Positions 12,838 through 25,317 of a stretch of 64,000 nt of DNA are shown here, piece after piece. Origin of the DNA: Octopus sinensis (taxonomy: Eukaryota); assembly GCF_006345805.1 (NCBI RefSeq), contig NC_042998.1:10912001-10976000 (forward strand), in the 5' to 3' direction. Positions within the stretch are counted from its first letter, which is position 1. Each line of letters begins with the position of its first letter. The position numbers and the translations under genes were made by a program. The notes under the pieces were generated by a model, which was not told the origin of the DNA, searched no databases, and saw only the letters and a program-made list of their open reading frames with translations.

Positions 12838-13299
12838 TATAACAAAAAATATAAACATAAAATTCCAACAAAAATTTCAAGAAAAGTTCCCTAATTAGAG
12901 GTCAGCCTACATTACCTACATTTCCCGGATTTCAGATCTGAAAACCTTTCAACTTATCTATTCCGCACGTGATAACAGTTTTTCGGTCCCAGTCTTATTG
13001 AAAATATCTGTAGATGACAAGGAAGTCAAGGTTAACTATCAAAGGCTGGAGCAAAAAAAAAATCTAATATCTTGATCCCTTTTAACGAATGCATCGCCCA
13101 GAAACAGATGGGAAAGCTGACAGAATTGAAATAAGAAAGATGCGGTCTATCGAAGGTTATATAGTATCAGTAATAATTATCGTAGTAAACATGATAAAAA
13201 AAGAGCTCAAAGGAGCGTTTAAAAATACGTATTAAAATTCATAATTATACTCGTATCTTCCAAGATAGTCTTATTGAAACAATCTACGTTTTCGCCACC

Positions 13300-13865
13300 A
13301 TCCCCCATTTCCATTGCACAATTCAAACAGTAAACTCATTACATACGACACGAACCCTATTCAATTGCCACCAAATAGAATGGCACAATACCAACTCTGC
13401 ATTACCTTCAAATATTATAACTCTGCTCTTACGACGTCCACAAATCATGCTCCGCAAAATTACTATCTATAAAATACCACAACAACAACACGTGCGATTA
13501 CATAACCAACATTCGTCATATAAAACGAACTCATATTCTGCACAATTACATCCAACTTAAACAACCCACATACAAAATACTCTGTACAATCACCACTAGA
13601 CACTATGTCGTACCACACAATTGTAACAACATATACAAAACACAATCACCAACTAGCATAACAAACACACGCTGTATATATCTTACACAACAAACAGATG
13701 AATATCTACATAGCACCTAAAACAACAAAACAAACCCAAAAATAAACCTGAATTAATGCAATATAAAAATACAAATCTACATACCTCAAATACTCCACAT
13801 ATCTAAGAAACACAGGTGCAACTGGTGTTGAAGTAGAAACCCACACAAAATTAGTGAAAACCTGA
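13300..13865 (+). mobile_element. Highly degraded Penelope-like element 3' fragment
   Basis: C/A-rich strand, GIY-YIG-region-like remnants (TTTTRAIT..YI.QLK...YKIL), ends at cctgatgatg; weak similarity judged by eye. Confidence 0.45.
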
Positions 13866-13907
13866 TGATGATGATGAGGATGAGGATGAGGAAGAGAAGG
13901 ATTGTAA

Positions 13908-14085
13908 GGTGGTGAACAGAGTGAATCCTTGACATGCCGAATAAAATGCTTAGCGGAATTTCACCTGTCTTTATGTTCTGAGTTCAAATTCCGCTGAGGT
14001 CAACTGTACCTTTCATAATTTTGGGGTCGATAAAATAACTACCAGTTGAACACTGGGGTCGATGTAATCGATTATCTCCGTCTTT
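13908..14085 (+). mobile_element. Degraded SINE family B
   Basis: aaatgcttagcgg..ttctgagttcaaattccgc..ggggtcgataaaata. Confidence 0.75.
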
Positions 14086-14360
14086 CAAGATTTCAGGCGG
14101 TGTATCGGCAGAATAGTGACAGCGTCGGACAAAATGTCTGGTGTATTTTCCGGTTTTCTTTTACTTATGAGTTGAAATCTCGCCAAGGTCTTCTCTGCCA
14201 TTCATTCTTCCAAACGCTGATAAAATAAAGTGCAGGTCAAATACTGGGCTCGAAGGTTGCGAATAACCCCTCACAACAAAATCGTTCACCTAAATTGCAA
14301 GCAATTATGAGTATTGATACAAACACGGTAGATTGGTAAAATCAATAGAGCGTCAAATAC

Positions 14361-14585
14361 AATTAATTGTTATCGCCATATTAATATGGCATTCTTATAG
14401 ATATAAGAATAATCGCTGCCGCTGGTCAGCTCCATGAGGCCACCGCCATCAAGATAGCTTATAATGGATACAGATCGTGTATCAATAGCTATCTTGATGG
14501 CGGTGGCCTCATGGAGCTGACCAGCGGCAGCGATTATTCTTATATCTATAAGAATGCCATATTAATATGGCGATAACAATTAATT
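14361..14585. repeat. Perfect inverted repeat: 99-bp arms (14361-14459, 14487-14585), 27-nt spacer
   Basis: Base-by-base comparison shows the arms are exact reverse complements. Confidence 0.95.
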
Positions 14586-16219
14586 TCCAGTAAAGGCTGC
14601 CGTAATCTCTTTTATAGAGACTTAGTAATTTTAATATTTCTATTATGTCAAATACAATGCCTAGTGGTAATTCTTCTGAAAGTTTACGCTCTGAGTTCAA
14701 ATTCCGTCATGATCGTCTTTTTCTTTTAACCTTTCGAAGTTGATAAAATAAAGTTCTAGTTAATTACTACTATTATACTATCGCCAAAATTCCTGTCTTT
14801 CTATCTATATCAGAAACAATTCTTTTTATTATTAAAGATTAAAATGTAATGCTAATATTCCTTTGAGACCGTATACACGTCATCAAATTGATAAGCCTTT
14901 GACACTCCATATTAATATTTGACTGTTCGTTGTGAGAATAGCAGTGTTATTTTCATCAGTCTCGTTCTGAGATCCTCTAAAAGAGAAATTATTTGATAGT
15001 AACGAAACGGCATTAGAAAAGCTAGTATCCTTGTTAATGTTCAGAATATTCTTTAGCTCTTTCGGTTTACCTTCTCCACTTGTGCACGCTCCTCTCACCC
15101 ACCTTTTATTCTTTCATCACTGTTACATAGTTTCATCTCCCATATTTCCTACAGTCCTTACTTCTTAGCATAGCGATCCATTGGAATTCCCTGACCACAC
15201 GTATTTTTTACGAGTACCGAACTACTAATACTGAGGACTAACTTTAGCTTTCTTTGTCCCAACTGTCCGCAAAAAGCTTCAAAGACCATGGGAAATAGAT
15301 TCCATCTCTAATTTTCTAAGCGATATTCTTCAAGTTTACTCACTTGATTGATTAAAAGATGACTATGAACATGAAGCGGGATACTGAATGATGTAAACTG
15401 GAGGAGTTTAGCTTGGGCGAATTGATTTCGGATATTTACATGATAATATAGATTGTGATTAAGTTGTACCAGCTTAGCTTTAAGTCTGCCTGCTGGGGCA
15501 TATCTATAACGAAATGCTTCCCGGCTCTTACTGTTTCATTTTTCAGTTATAGTGTATCAGAAAACTACATTATATATGCCGTCCCTGTTTATAGAACAGC
15601 CTATAAGAACATGAGGGTAGTTGGTTGTCATTTCTTGCAGTGCAAGCAACCATGTGGAAGCTGGCTCGTTAGCTAGATTGTGGTAAGTAGAAGTGATGAT
15701 CAGTTATGTCAAATGTGCAGAGACAGTCTTAAAACAAGGCAAGCAAGTGTCAATAACAGACACTATCGTAACGGATCCTGCCGGGATTGAAAAAGTATTG
15801 CTGGATTTGAACATCAAGAACATGCCCCCCACCCCCGCAAAAATGCTTATAACACTTGAATCAATTGATATAGGCTTCTGGACTTGGCTCCATTAATATA
15901 TTAGGAATTAGTCAATAGACGTAATCAATATATATATAAATTTGGTCACAGCCTAGAATCACAGGTAGTGTATAGTGAGATAGCCTCAATCTAGTCACTC
16001 TGTTTCGTAGAAATAGCAGCAAAACCTACTTCAAGTCACACCCCATCATCTTAAAAAGGGGAAGGACACAGTAGATAATGTATTTCAAAATACAGCTAAA
16101 ACGATAGGATAGTCAGGAAAGGAATGTCTTTGCCCGCAGGTCAACACGATCAGTGTTGACTTGGGGCTAAGGGACAATAACAACATACCCTTTTAATACA
16201 ACACACTTATATATAACAT

Positions 16220-16453
16220 ACCTATTTCTTTACTAGCCACAAGGGGTTGAACACAGACGGGACAAACAAGGACAGACAAACGGATTAAGTCGATTATATC
16301 GACCCCAGTGCGTAACTGGTACTTAATTTAATCGACTCCGAAAGGATGAAAGGCAAAGTCGACCTCGGCGGAATTTGAACTCAGAACGTAGCGGCAGACG
16401 AAATACCACTAAGCATTTTGCCCGACGTGCTAACGTTTCTGCCGGCTCGCCGC
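16220..16453 (-). mobile_element. tRNA-derived SINE family B, full length
   Basis: Reverse complement of ggcggcgagc(t)ggcagaaacgttagcacg..ctgagttcaaattccgccgaggtcgactttgcctttcatcctttcgg..aaagaaatagg. Confidence 0.9.
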
Positions 16454-17496
16454 CTTATATATAACATACCAGTTTCTTACATATTCTCCAAATTCTATAT
16501 AGTCATAGCAAATTCAAGAGACCTCGTCCATCTGGCACAAGTTGCAACATCGAAAACTGGAGCCATTATGAATTCATCAAGAAATCGAACCTGTATTGCA
16601 AACACAACTCGCCAACCGTTTGCCACTATTCATCACTATTCTAGTGGCAGCTGAGTCAATATTATTATTATAACACTGGAAGTACGGTGAGCTGGCAGAG
16701 AAGCTCAAGTGTCAGATTAATTATGTTGCAAACATATTTTTTCCATTTAGTCATATATGTATGTATGTGTGTGTGTGTGTTGTATGTGTGTGCGTATGTG
16801 TGTGAGAGAGCGCACGCTCACGCGTGTGCGTTCATGTGTGCGTGCGCATGCGTGCATGAGTGTGCATATTTGCGTGTGTATTATTTTAGTTTCCTTCGGT
16901 CACAAAATCCAAGTGTTGAATGTTATCGCAAACAACATCTGGAAGCAGAGCGACACCTGCAAACACAAGTGCTTCAGCCATTAGCTCCAATATCCTAAAA
17001 CATGCAGATGGAAGAATATTCTTAATTTCTTTTTATTTTAAACATTTTTAATATAATTTTAGCATTTTTGACAGACGGAAGAAACGAAACTTCCCGAGAT
17101 AGTGCCTCTAGGGATAGCAAAGGAAACTTTGCAGTCGCTTGATCTAGGACAAATAGCAGTCAGATCAGAAAAAGGGATAGTCAATTGGGCAAAATATTTA
17201 ACGGGATAGTTACGGCCAGAATACTAATTATAGCCCTACTCGATTTTACGGCTTAAGTGAGGTCAAGTGATTTGTCTTTACAGAATTTTGCACTTCTATA
17301 CATACAAAAATTCGATTTTTCACATTCAATATATATCTCCAAAAATGGTCTCTCTTCGTTGATTTCCTCTCCTATTAGCCATCGAAGATCAGTTTATATA
17401 TATAAAAAAAACACCAATAGTGAACTGAGCTAAATCAACTGTGTGATACACTCGGAAAATTTTAGTCCTGCATTTAGTAAAAATTTTAGAATTTGC

Positions 17497-17583
17497 TTTT
17501 ATTTTTGCTTAAATACAAAAAAATTTCTTTTATTTTTGCTTTAATACAAAAAATTTTATTTTATTTTTGCTTAAATACAAAAA
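17497..17583. repeat. About 31-bp minisatellite, 3 copies
   Basis: ttttatttttgcttaaatacaaaaaaatttc repeated. Confidence 0.8.
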
Positions 17584-17948
17584 GGTCCTATATTTTAGGG
17601 AGACCAGAAGGGATAGAATTAGAACCGTCTTAACTGCAATGTAGGTCCTCGGGCAAAGTAGCGCATTGTGGGCCCTACATTTTTTCTTGACAGCAAGTCA
17701 CTGTATACACAGGTTAAAAATTGAGACCGTAGAGCCGTGGGATCCGCGGACAACTGCTCACGATGTCTAAAAACTGGGACGGTACTGGATATATTGTGTA
17801 GCAGTAACGCTCTTCTTTAGGGCATTACCCGCTTTAGCTTCAGAAATTAGCTGTCTATAGGTTTGCCTTGTTCTCAGAAACTACTAGCATTTCAGTTTAA
17901 ATGGTAGCTTATTATCTAGGAATAATTTCTATTATTTACTCGTAAGAA

Positions 17949-18140
17949 AGCGGCGAACAAGCAGAACCATTTACGCGCCGGACAGGATGCGTATGTCTTT
18001 CCGTGCTGAGTTCAAATTCCGCCGACGTCGTCTTTACTTTTCATCTTTACGGAGGTCGATAAAATAAGTATCAGTTGAGTACTGAGGTCGATGTACTCGA
18101 CTAACACTCCATCAAAACTCAGGCCTTGTGCCTATAGTAG
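17949..18140 (+). mobile_element. Degraded SINE family B
   Basis: ctgagttcaaattccgccga..ggtcgataaaataagta. Confidence 0.75.
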
Positions 18141-18180
18141 GAAGGAATATTTAATCGTAAGAATTTCTGTCTCATATACT

Positions 18181-18378
18181 CTTTACTCTTTTACTTGTTT
18201 TAGTCAGTTGACTGCGGCCATGCTGGAGCACCGCCTTTAGTCGAGCAAATCGACCCCGGGACTTATTCTTTGTAAGCCCAGTACTTATTCTATCGGTCTC
18301 TTTTTGCTGAGCAGCTAAGTGACGGGGACGTAAACACACCAGCATCGGTTGTCAAGCAATGCTAGGGGGACACACAAA

Positions 18379-18426
<48 letters not shown>

Positions 18427-18599
18427 AACATATATACGACAGGCTTCTTTCAGTTTCCGTCTACCAAATCCACTCACAAGGCATTGGTCGGCCCAAGGCT
18501 ATAGCAGAAGACACTTGCCCAAGATGCCACGCAGTGGGACTGAACCCGGAACCATGTGCTTGGTTAGCAAGCTACTTACCACACAGTCACTCCTGCGCC
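18181..18599 (-). mobile_element. SINE family A, full length
   Basis: ctttactcttttacttg...cactcctgcgcc. Confidence 0.92.
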
Positions 18600-18949
18600 T
18601 ATATGTATATAACCAAAAAATTGCTTTTGTTTTTCACAAACGAGTAGTGTGAACGAGTAGTGAATTATATCGAGAATACACATCCAGTCAATGAAGAATA
18701 CTTATTTTATCGATCTGAGACTGATGAATGACACAGTTTCAATGTTGATGATGGAACAAATCTATAATCAAACGCATCCGAACGATAAAGTTTCATTTTT
18801 AGCGATGTAGCCAGGTTGGTATTATCTAATATATTTTACTTTACTTGTGACTGTAAAGTATGATTTAAGTGAGGTATAGGTGCTAATTCTAATGAGCTGA
18901 ACGGCTGAGTACAAAGTAGGTAGCATTTTGAACCATGAAGAATTTGTAC

Positions 18950-19735
18950 CGGATTTTTGAAGAGTTTTGAATTTTTCTTAAACATTTGCTTTGCAATTGT
19001 CTGATAATACAGACACAGACTTGCCCAAATGCATCAATAAATTAACATTGATATTTTTCACCGTTGTTGCAATCATTTGAAATTGAACTGTCAAAGCGCG
19101 GTATTCGAGCATTTTTGCTATTCAACTTCAAAAAAGGACGTAAAGCAGCTGAAACTGCTTTCGATATCAATGAAACGTTTGGTGAGGAAATGACCAGTGT
19201 GTGGTCAGCTTGAAAATGGTTTAAAAGATTTCGCAGAGGAGACCTGAGCCTTGAAGATCGTGGGCGTATTGGACGCCCATCTGTCATCGATGATGGTCAA
19301 TTAAAGACCGTGATTGAGAAAGATCCACGTAAAACCACTCGCGAAATGGCAAAAGGATTACAAGTTCGCTAGAATACTACCTGCAACGATTTGCATGCGA
19401 TCAGAAAATCAAATAAGCTCGACAAACGGGTACCACACGATTTGAATGGAAATCAGAAACTGCGCAGATATGAAATTTGCTCGTCGCTTCTTCTTGTTAA
19501 GCTAACCGATCCATTTCTCGACCATGTTGCAACTTGCAGTGAAAAGTGAATTCTGTACAATAGTAAAAAAACGTTCTTCGCAATAGTTGAACCAAAATAA
19601 AGCACCGGAAACCTTCCCTAAACCCGAGATATTTAAAAAGAGGGTTATGGTGACTGTTTGGTGGTGTACTGCTGGACTCATCCACTATAACTTCTTAAAA
19701 CCCGGAAAAAACCATTACTGCAGAAACAAACTCAT
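18950..19735 (+). mobile_element. Decayed mariner (Hsmar1/cecropia-like) transposase, 3'-truncated
   Basis: FNFKKGRKAAETAFDINETFG..WFKRFRRGDLSLED..GRPS..DPRKTTRE..KRVPHDL..CSEK*ILYN..KRVMVTVWW..GLIHYNFLKPG, with stops. Confidence 0.88.
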
Positions 19736-19955
19736 GATCGTAAGATTGTAGTTTCGATTCCTGAACCGGACGATGCGTAGTGTTCTTGACCAAAATACTT
19801 CATTTCACGTTGCTCCAGTTCATTCAGCTGGCGAAAATGGGCAATCATGCGACGGATTTGCCTCCCACCCAGTGGTGGGTGGATGTATGCGATACAGAGA
19901 TCAGGAAACCAGCCTTATGAGTTATATAACTCGGGAAGGCGATTTATTGTTCGAT

Positions 19956-20150
19956 GGTGGCGAGTAGGCACAATTGTTAGCACGCCGGCATTTCCTCCAT
20001 CTTTATGGTCTGAGTTCAAGTTCCGCTGAGGCCGACTTCACCATACCTCTTTTCGGGGTCGATAAAATAAGTACCAGTTGAGCACAGGGGTTGATGTAAT
20101 CGACGTAACCCCCTCCCCCAAAATTGCTAACCTTGTGCCAGAATTGGAAA
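19956..20150 (+). mobile_element. Degraded SINE family B
   Basis: gttagcacgccgg..ctgagttcaagttccgc..tttcggggtcgataaaataagtaccag. Confidence 0.78.
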
Positions 20151-20639
20151 CTAATTTTCAGTCGATTTGTTCGTTTATTTCTTTGTTTTTTTAAGGTGTG
20201 TGCTTTAACTCGTATGATTATAACGTTTCTGCATGAACTTAGTCATTCACTGAAGGTAATGAATAGCTATTTTAAGTACGAGTTAATTTATTTTCATTTA
20301 AAAGTCCGCATTTCTTGTGACACTCTATTTTTCCTATATTTTTACTTCTTATATTTCGTATCATTGCTGCCACATAACTTCCTGAAATATCGTATGTTGC
20401 TTCCGGTGCACTGAACAGTGTGAAGGCGTTCAAAAAAATTTGTATATGGTTGTCGGCTTTTGTAACAATATTGCTTTGCCTCAAACTATAAATATTAGCA
20501 AGAACTTCCATTACATACGCGCTCGCAAAGACATGCACATACACAGACATGCACACATCCACACACAAACACATACGCGCGCGCATACACATGAACATAT
20601 ATATAGGTAGATATAGATATATATATATTTAGATATAGA

Positions 20640-20694
20640 TATAAAGAAAAATGTGTTTGTATATATATATATATATATATGCATACATACATAT

Positions 20695-20752
<58 letters not shown>

Positions 20753-20799
20753 TATAATATATATATATAATATATATATATATTATATATATATATCTT

Positions 20800-20837
<38 letters not shown>

Positions 20838-20955
20838 ATATATATATATATATACATATATATATACATACATATATATATACATACATATATATATACA
20901 TACATATATATATACATATATATATAACATATATATATACATATATATATTACAT

Positions 20956-21014
<59 letters not shown>

Positions 21015-21140
21015 TATATATATAAGAAATATGTGTGTGTGTGTCTAAGCATGTATAAAAATATATAGATTTATATGCATATACATATACATATACATAC
21101 ATACGTACATATATATATATATTACATATATATATATATG
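20640..21140. repeat. Compound (TA)n/(TACA)n microsatellite
   Basis: Direct reading. Confidence 0.95.
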
Positions 21141-21539
21141 TATGCGCACGTATACTCACACAGACGTATGATGATCAGTTCCAAATCATTTAGTTCGCCT
21201 ACACTCATGGATAATGTATAATTTTTTGACATGTTTCTTCAATCATGTGAGAATTATAGCGTGGGATAATACATAAAGAAAAGTTCAAAAAGGCTTGAAG
21301 CAATCATAACGAGCTTTATGTAATTAGTATTATATATATAGTTTATAATTAACTTGTACTTGCGGTCATCACAGGGTTAAGATGCACTACAGACCAAATA
21401 CAATTTTCTTACATGTTTTATCTAATCCATTCCTAGCGTCAGATTAATCATTGGCACATGATATTTAATTCCCGTGTGTTCGTAAGTACATATGTACGTA
21501 TGGATGTATATGCATGTATATATACACACACATATACAT

Positions 21540-21702
21540 TAAGGTGTGTGTATATGTATTTATGTATATAGCCGTACATGTATAAACACATTTGTATATA
21601 TATATATATACACATATATACATACATACATATATATATATACATATATACACGCATACATATATATATATATAATATACATACATACATATATATATAT
21701 AT

Positions 21703-21751
<49 letters not shown>

Positions 21752-21771
21752 TATATAATATACATACATAC

Positions 21772-21820
<49 letters not shown>

Positions 21821-21925
21821 CATACATACATATATATACATATATATACATATATATATACATATACATACATATATATATATACATAATATATATATAA
21901 TACATATATATATATACATACATGC

Positions 21926-21957
<32 letters not shown>

Positions 21958-21960
21958 TTG
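21540..21960. repeat. Compound (TA)n/(TACA)n microsatellite
   Basis: Direct reading. Confidence 0.95.
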
Positions 21961-22852
21961 TATGTATATGCATATGAGTGTGTATGTGCGTTTGTATGCG
22001 TGTACCTATACTCTATAATGTACACAAATCCATATAATATTCCATACACACATGCCTATACACATACACGCACACATATACATACTATGTATATAGCCAT
22101 GCATGTAAGAGCATTTGTTTATAACGCTCTGTTTTGAAGTATTAGACGCCATATTTCCATTAATCAATAAAAATAGTCTCTAACTGGAAAATATTTGGTA
22201 ACTTTCCTTTCTGAAACCGAAATAGTGTCTGCACTTATATTTCAGAAATGCAGGGATTCTTAATAAACTTAGTGTAATTTTCATGGATGAATAAAATACA
22301 GACTTCAATTTGTAAATGGCATTCATTAATGTCTATTATCTTCAATACAAATTCACATAATATTTAAGATAAAAGTCATAATCGAAATCGTTCTTATCTC
22401 AAGTTTCAAAATTAGTTTCGCCAATAATCGAAATTAGAGTTACAGATAATTACTATTAAAGTAATCACATTTTCCATTGTTAACTATAGTATTCTAAGCG
22501 AATTGATCAACTGAGAAAATTAATAATTTTCAAGCAGTCAAATGTTTCTTAGAACATTTAGTTTTTGTAAAATAATTAGTTGTGATGATTGTACTTAGTT
22601 CGTAGATGCACTGCAACTAATATTTACGAGTGATGAAAGTATTTCCTGGATAATTGTTATCCCGGAGTAAGGAGCATTAGAATGTTACGAAGTAAATTAT
22701 TAAATACCAAAGTGGGGAAAACATCAATCAAAGTTAGTAGCTATTTTTATTACCTATTCATTATTTATTAAGAGTAAAAACTCTATGCTATATGTCTTAT
22801 TCAATCCTGCATAATATATGAGTGATAAACATGTTATCATTTCTGATTATCG

Positions 22853-23065
22853 GACGGCAAGCTGGCAGAATTGCTAGCATGCCGGGAAAATGCTTAAAGG
22901 CATATCGTCCGTCTTCACAATCTGAGTTCAAATTCCACCTAGGTCTAGTTTGCCTTTCATCCTTTCTGGCTCGATAAAATAAATACCAGCTGAGCACTGG
23001 TTCGATGAAATCGACTAAACCCCATTCTCAAAATTGCTGGCCTTGTGGCAAAATTTGAAACAAAT
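22853..23065 (+). mobile_element. Degraded SINE family B
   Basis: gctggcagaatt..ctgagttcaaattcc..gcctttcatcctttc. Confidence 0.78.
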
Positions 23066-23369
23066 AATTTCCTTGTTATAGTAATGTTTTATTGAATTAC
23101 AGTTGATTTTTCCATACTTCCACATTTCTATGGGGACCTCTACATAGTTTACTCTATCTTCAAGAAATAGCAGCCAAACTGCCCTAAAATTACACTCTAC
23201 TGTCTTTGTAAAACGTAGAAGACAATCTATTTTGTAGTAAGACGGAATGGCTAAGGTTGGAGCCCTTTTGATCAAGGCTAACATCGGGATAAGCAACAAC
23301 AGCTATTAAAAAATCATATAGCGACTGCAAGCACAGTTACTTTAAGGATAATTTATCATAAAATATTGA

Positions 23370-23493
23370 ATGGTTTACATTATTTACATTTGACGGGTTT
23401 TTGTCCTCATCTTCTTTGTCGTTAACACAGCGTTTCGGCTGATGTACTCTCCAGCCTTCATCAGGGAATTTCAAACCTAGGTTTTCATTCCTA
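23370..23493 (-). mobile_element. PLE terminal-repeat fragment with damaged hammerhead motif
   Basis: Minus strand CTGATGA-a-GGCTG(gagagtacat)CAGCC-GAAA-cgctgtg (plus 23425-23465); helix I partner missing and ACGT palindrome mutated to ACGC. Confidence 0.65.
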
Positions 23494-23773
23494 AGGTATT
23501 TGGTTATGTAACCGTTTCCCTGCATTATGAGATTTTGTTGTGATTTCCCAGGTGATATATAATGATTTTCTCCGTAAGCTCAAATTCTCGGCTTCAAGGG
23601 CATCCTTTCTGTCCGTCGTGGCTTGCGAGATAGTAGTAAGCAATCAGTGTTTCAAAAAGTGGGCTGTGGTTGCGGCCAAGCATTTGAGTTGACGAAAATA
23701 GTGTTTTGATGTCACTTAAGGAGACACAACTAGATCTCATAATTCAGGGAAATGGTTATATTACCAAATATCT
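23494..23773. mobile_element. Probable MITE with about 55-bp degenerate TIRs
   Basis: tatttggttatgtaaccgtttccctgcattatgaga.. is the imperfect reverse complement of ..tctcataattcaggggaaatggttatattaccaaata. Confidence 0.5.
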
Positions 23774-23871
23774 GCGAACCTGGAGAACTACGTTGCGTGG
23801 AAAACAATTGTAGTGATTAAAACTAAATATTCTTCTCCACTCCTTCTTGTTGACTCCAACTTATTCGATTA

Positions 23872-23922
<51 letters not shown>

Positions 23923-24619
23923 GTATATGTATGTATGCGTGTGTGTATGTATGTATGCGTGTGTGTGTGTGTAATGTGCTTTATTACAGATTCCATTAAA
24001 GAAATTCTCCTCGAATAACATACGTTAAACAAAAGCTATGATAAAACAAGAATCCCGAAGAGTTGCATCCTGGGATTAAAGCCGTGACCATATAATTTTG
24101 ATAATATCTTCATAACTACATATGTATTCACTTGGGAAAACTATTTCGTTGTGTATTTTCGGAAGAAAACCCCATCGATTTATATGTAAGTTCGATTTCT
24201 ACTCTCATATCTGAGTGTTAATGATACCCGCAATGAATTATAAGTACTGATGACATTAATTGACCGAAAGTTTGTCCCATTAATGCTGACGTGAAACCAT
24301 AACTTTATAAATAGCAGACGAAGCGTATAATACATTTTGCGAAAGTTATATATAGAACAAAATAGATTAAAAAGCATAAAACATAATATTCTTTCTTTTT
24401 ATTGCTTATAGTTTCTCAACTGCGACCATCAAGTATACCGCCTACGCGGCTGTAGAGGATCATAGCAACAGTTGTATGTACTACTTTCGAATATGTATTT
24501 TATCGATCTCTATCACCTACCTGGGTTCCGTACGTATAATGTAAATAGACGCGCAACATTACACTATTTAGGCCAACATACACAAGCACTGGCGCCACAC
24601 ATAAATATATATATATATA

Positions 24620-24797
24620 CGTAGTTAATCCAAACATGAAAGCACAAAGAAACACTACAACGCGAGGACGCGGAACAAATATAGTATTATTGAACGCTCA
24701 GGAAAGAAGGAAAAAAGGAGGGTTTAACGTTTCGAGCGGAGCTCTTCGTCGGAAACATAGGAGAAGGAAAGATCCAGAGAAGGGAAGACAGAGGAAT
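24620..24797 (-). mobile_element. PLE terminal-repeat fragment (Neptune-related) within (TA)n
   Basis: Shares gctcgaaacgttaaa and ttcctgagcg with the Neptune repeat; hammerhead-like motif at 24722-24756. Confidence 0.7.
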
Positions 24798-25055
24798 ATA
24801 TATATATATTTATATATAGTATATATAAAATACAAAAATGGGACAAGAACGCAAACATTTAAATAATTATGATGCAAAAGTAAGAAAGCTTGATCAGTAA
24901 GAAACAATTATGTATCATGGAAAATATACATGATTTACTCCTTTAAATCATACTAAAATTTTAAAAAGTATAAAAGAAGATATGAAATAGATATGAAAAA
25001 ATAAGGGTCCAGCTAGGTTTACAATGTGTGAATATATTTTACTAAATATAATTTT

Positions 25056-25317
25056 AAAAGCAATTGCAGCGTCGGAGGTGTTTATAAGCCATTTAAACAC
25101 ACACAAAACCGTTAGGTATTTTCGTCGCTTTGAAACCGCGACCTGTTGTTCAGTAACAAAATTCCGTGCAGCACGGAATTTTGTCAGTGAACAACAGGTC
25201 GCGGTTTCAAATCGATGAAAAGATTTTGGCAAATTAAATTTAAATGTTGAAGTGAATCTAACGGTTTTTGCGTCTGTTTAAATGGCTTATAAACACCTTC
25301 CACATTGCAATGGTTTT
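25056..25317. repeat. Imperfect fold-back element centred on 25170
   Basis: aaaattccgtgc-a-gcacggaatttt centre; inner and outer arms complementary, with about 35 bp extra in the right arm. Confidence 0.85.

Noticed and set aside
14883-15098. 71-aa minus-strand ORF with plausible composition
   Set aside because: Non-ATG start, no splice signals or recognisable domain
20272-22137. Many 60-194 aa ORFs rich in YI/HT/CV
   Set aside because: Translations of (TA)n/(CA)n microsatellites; the same applies at 383-592, 40181-40624, 42268-43228 and 54555-54950
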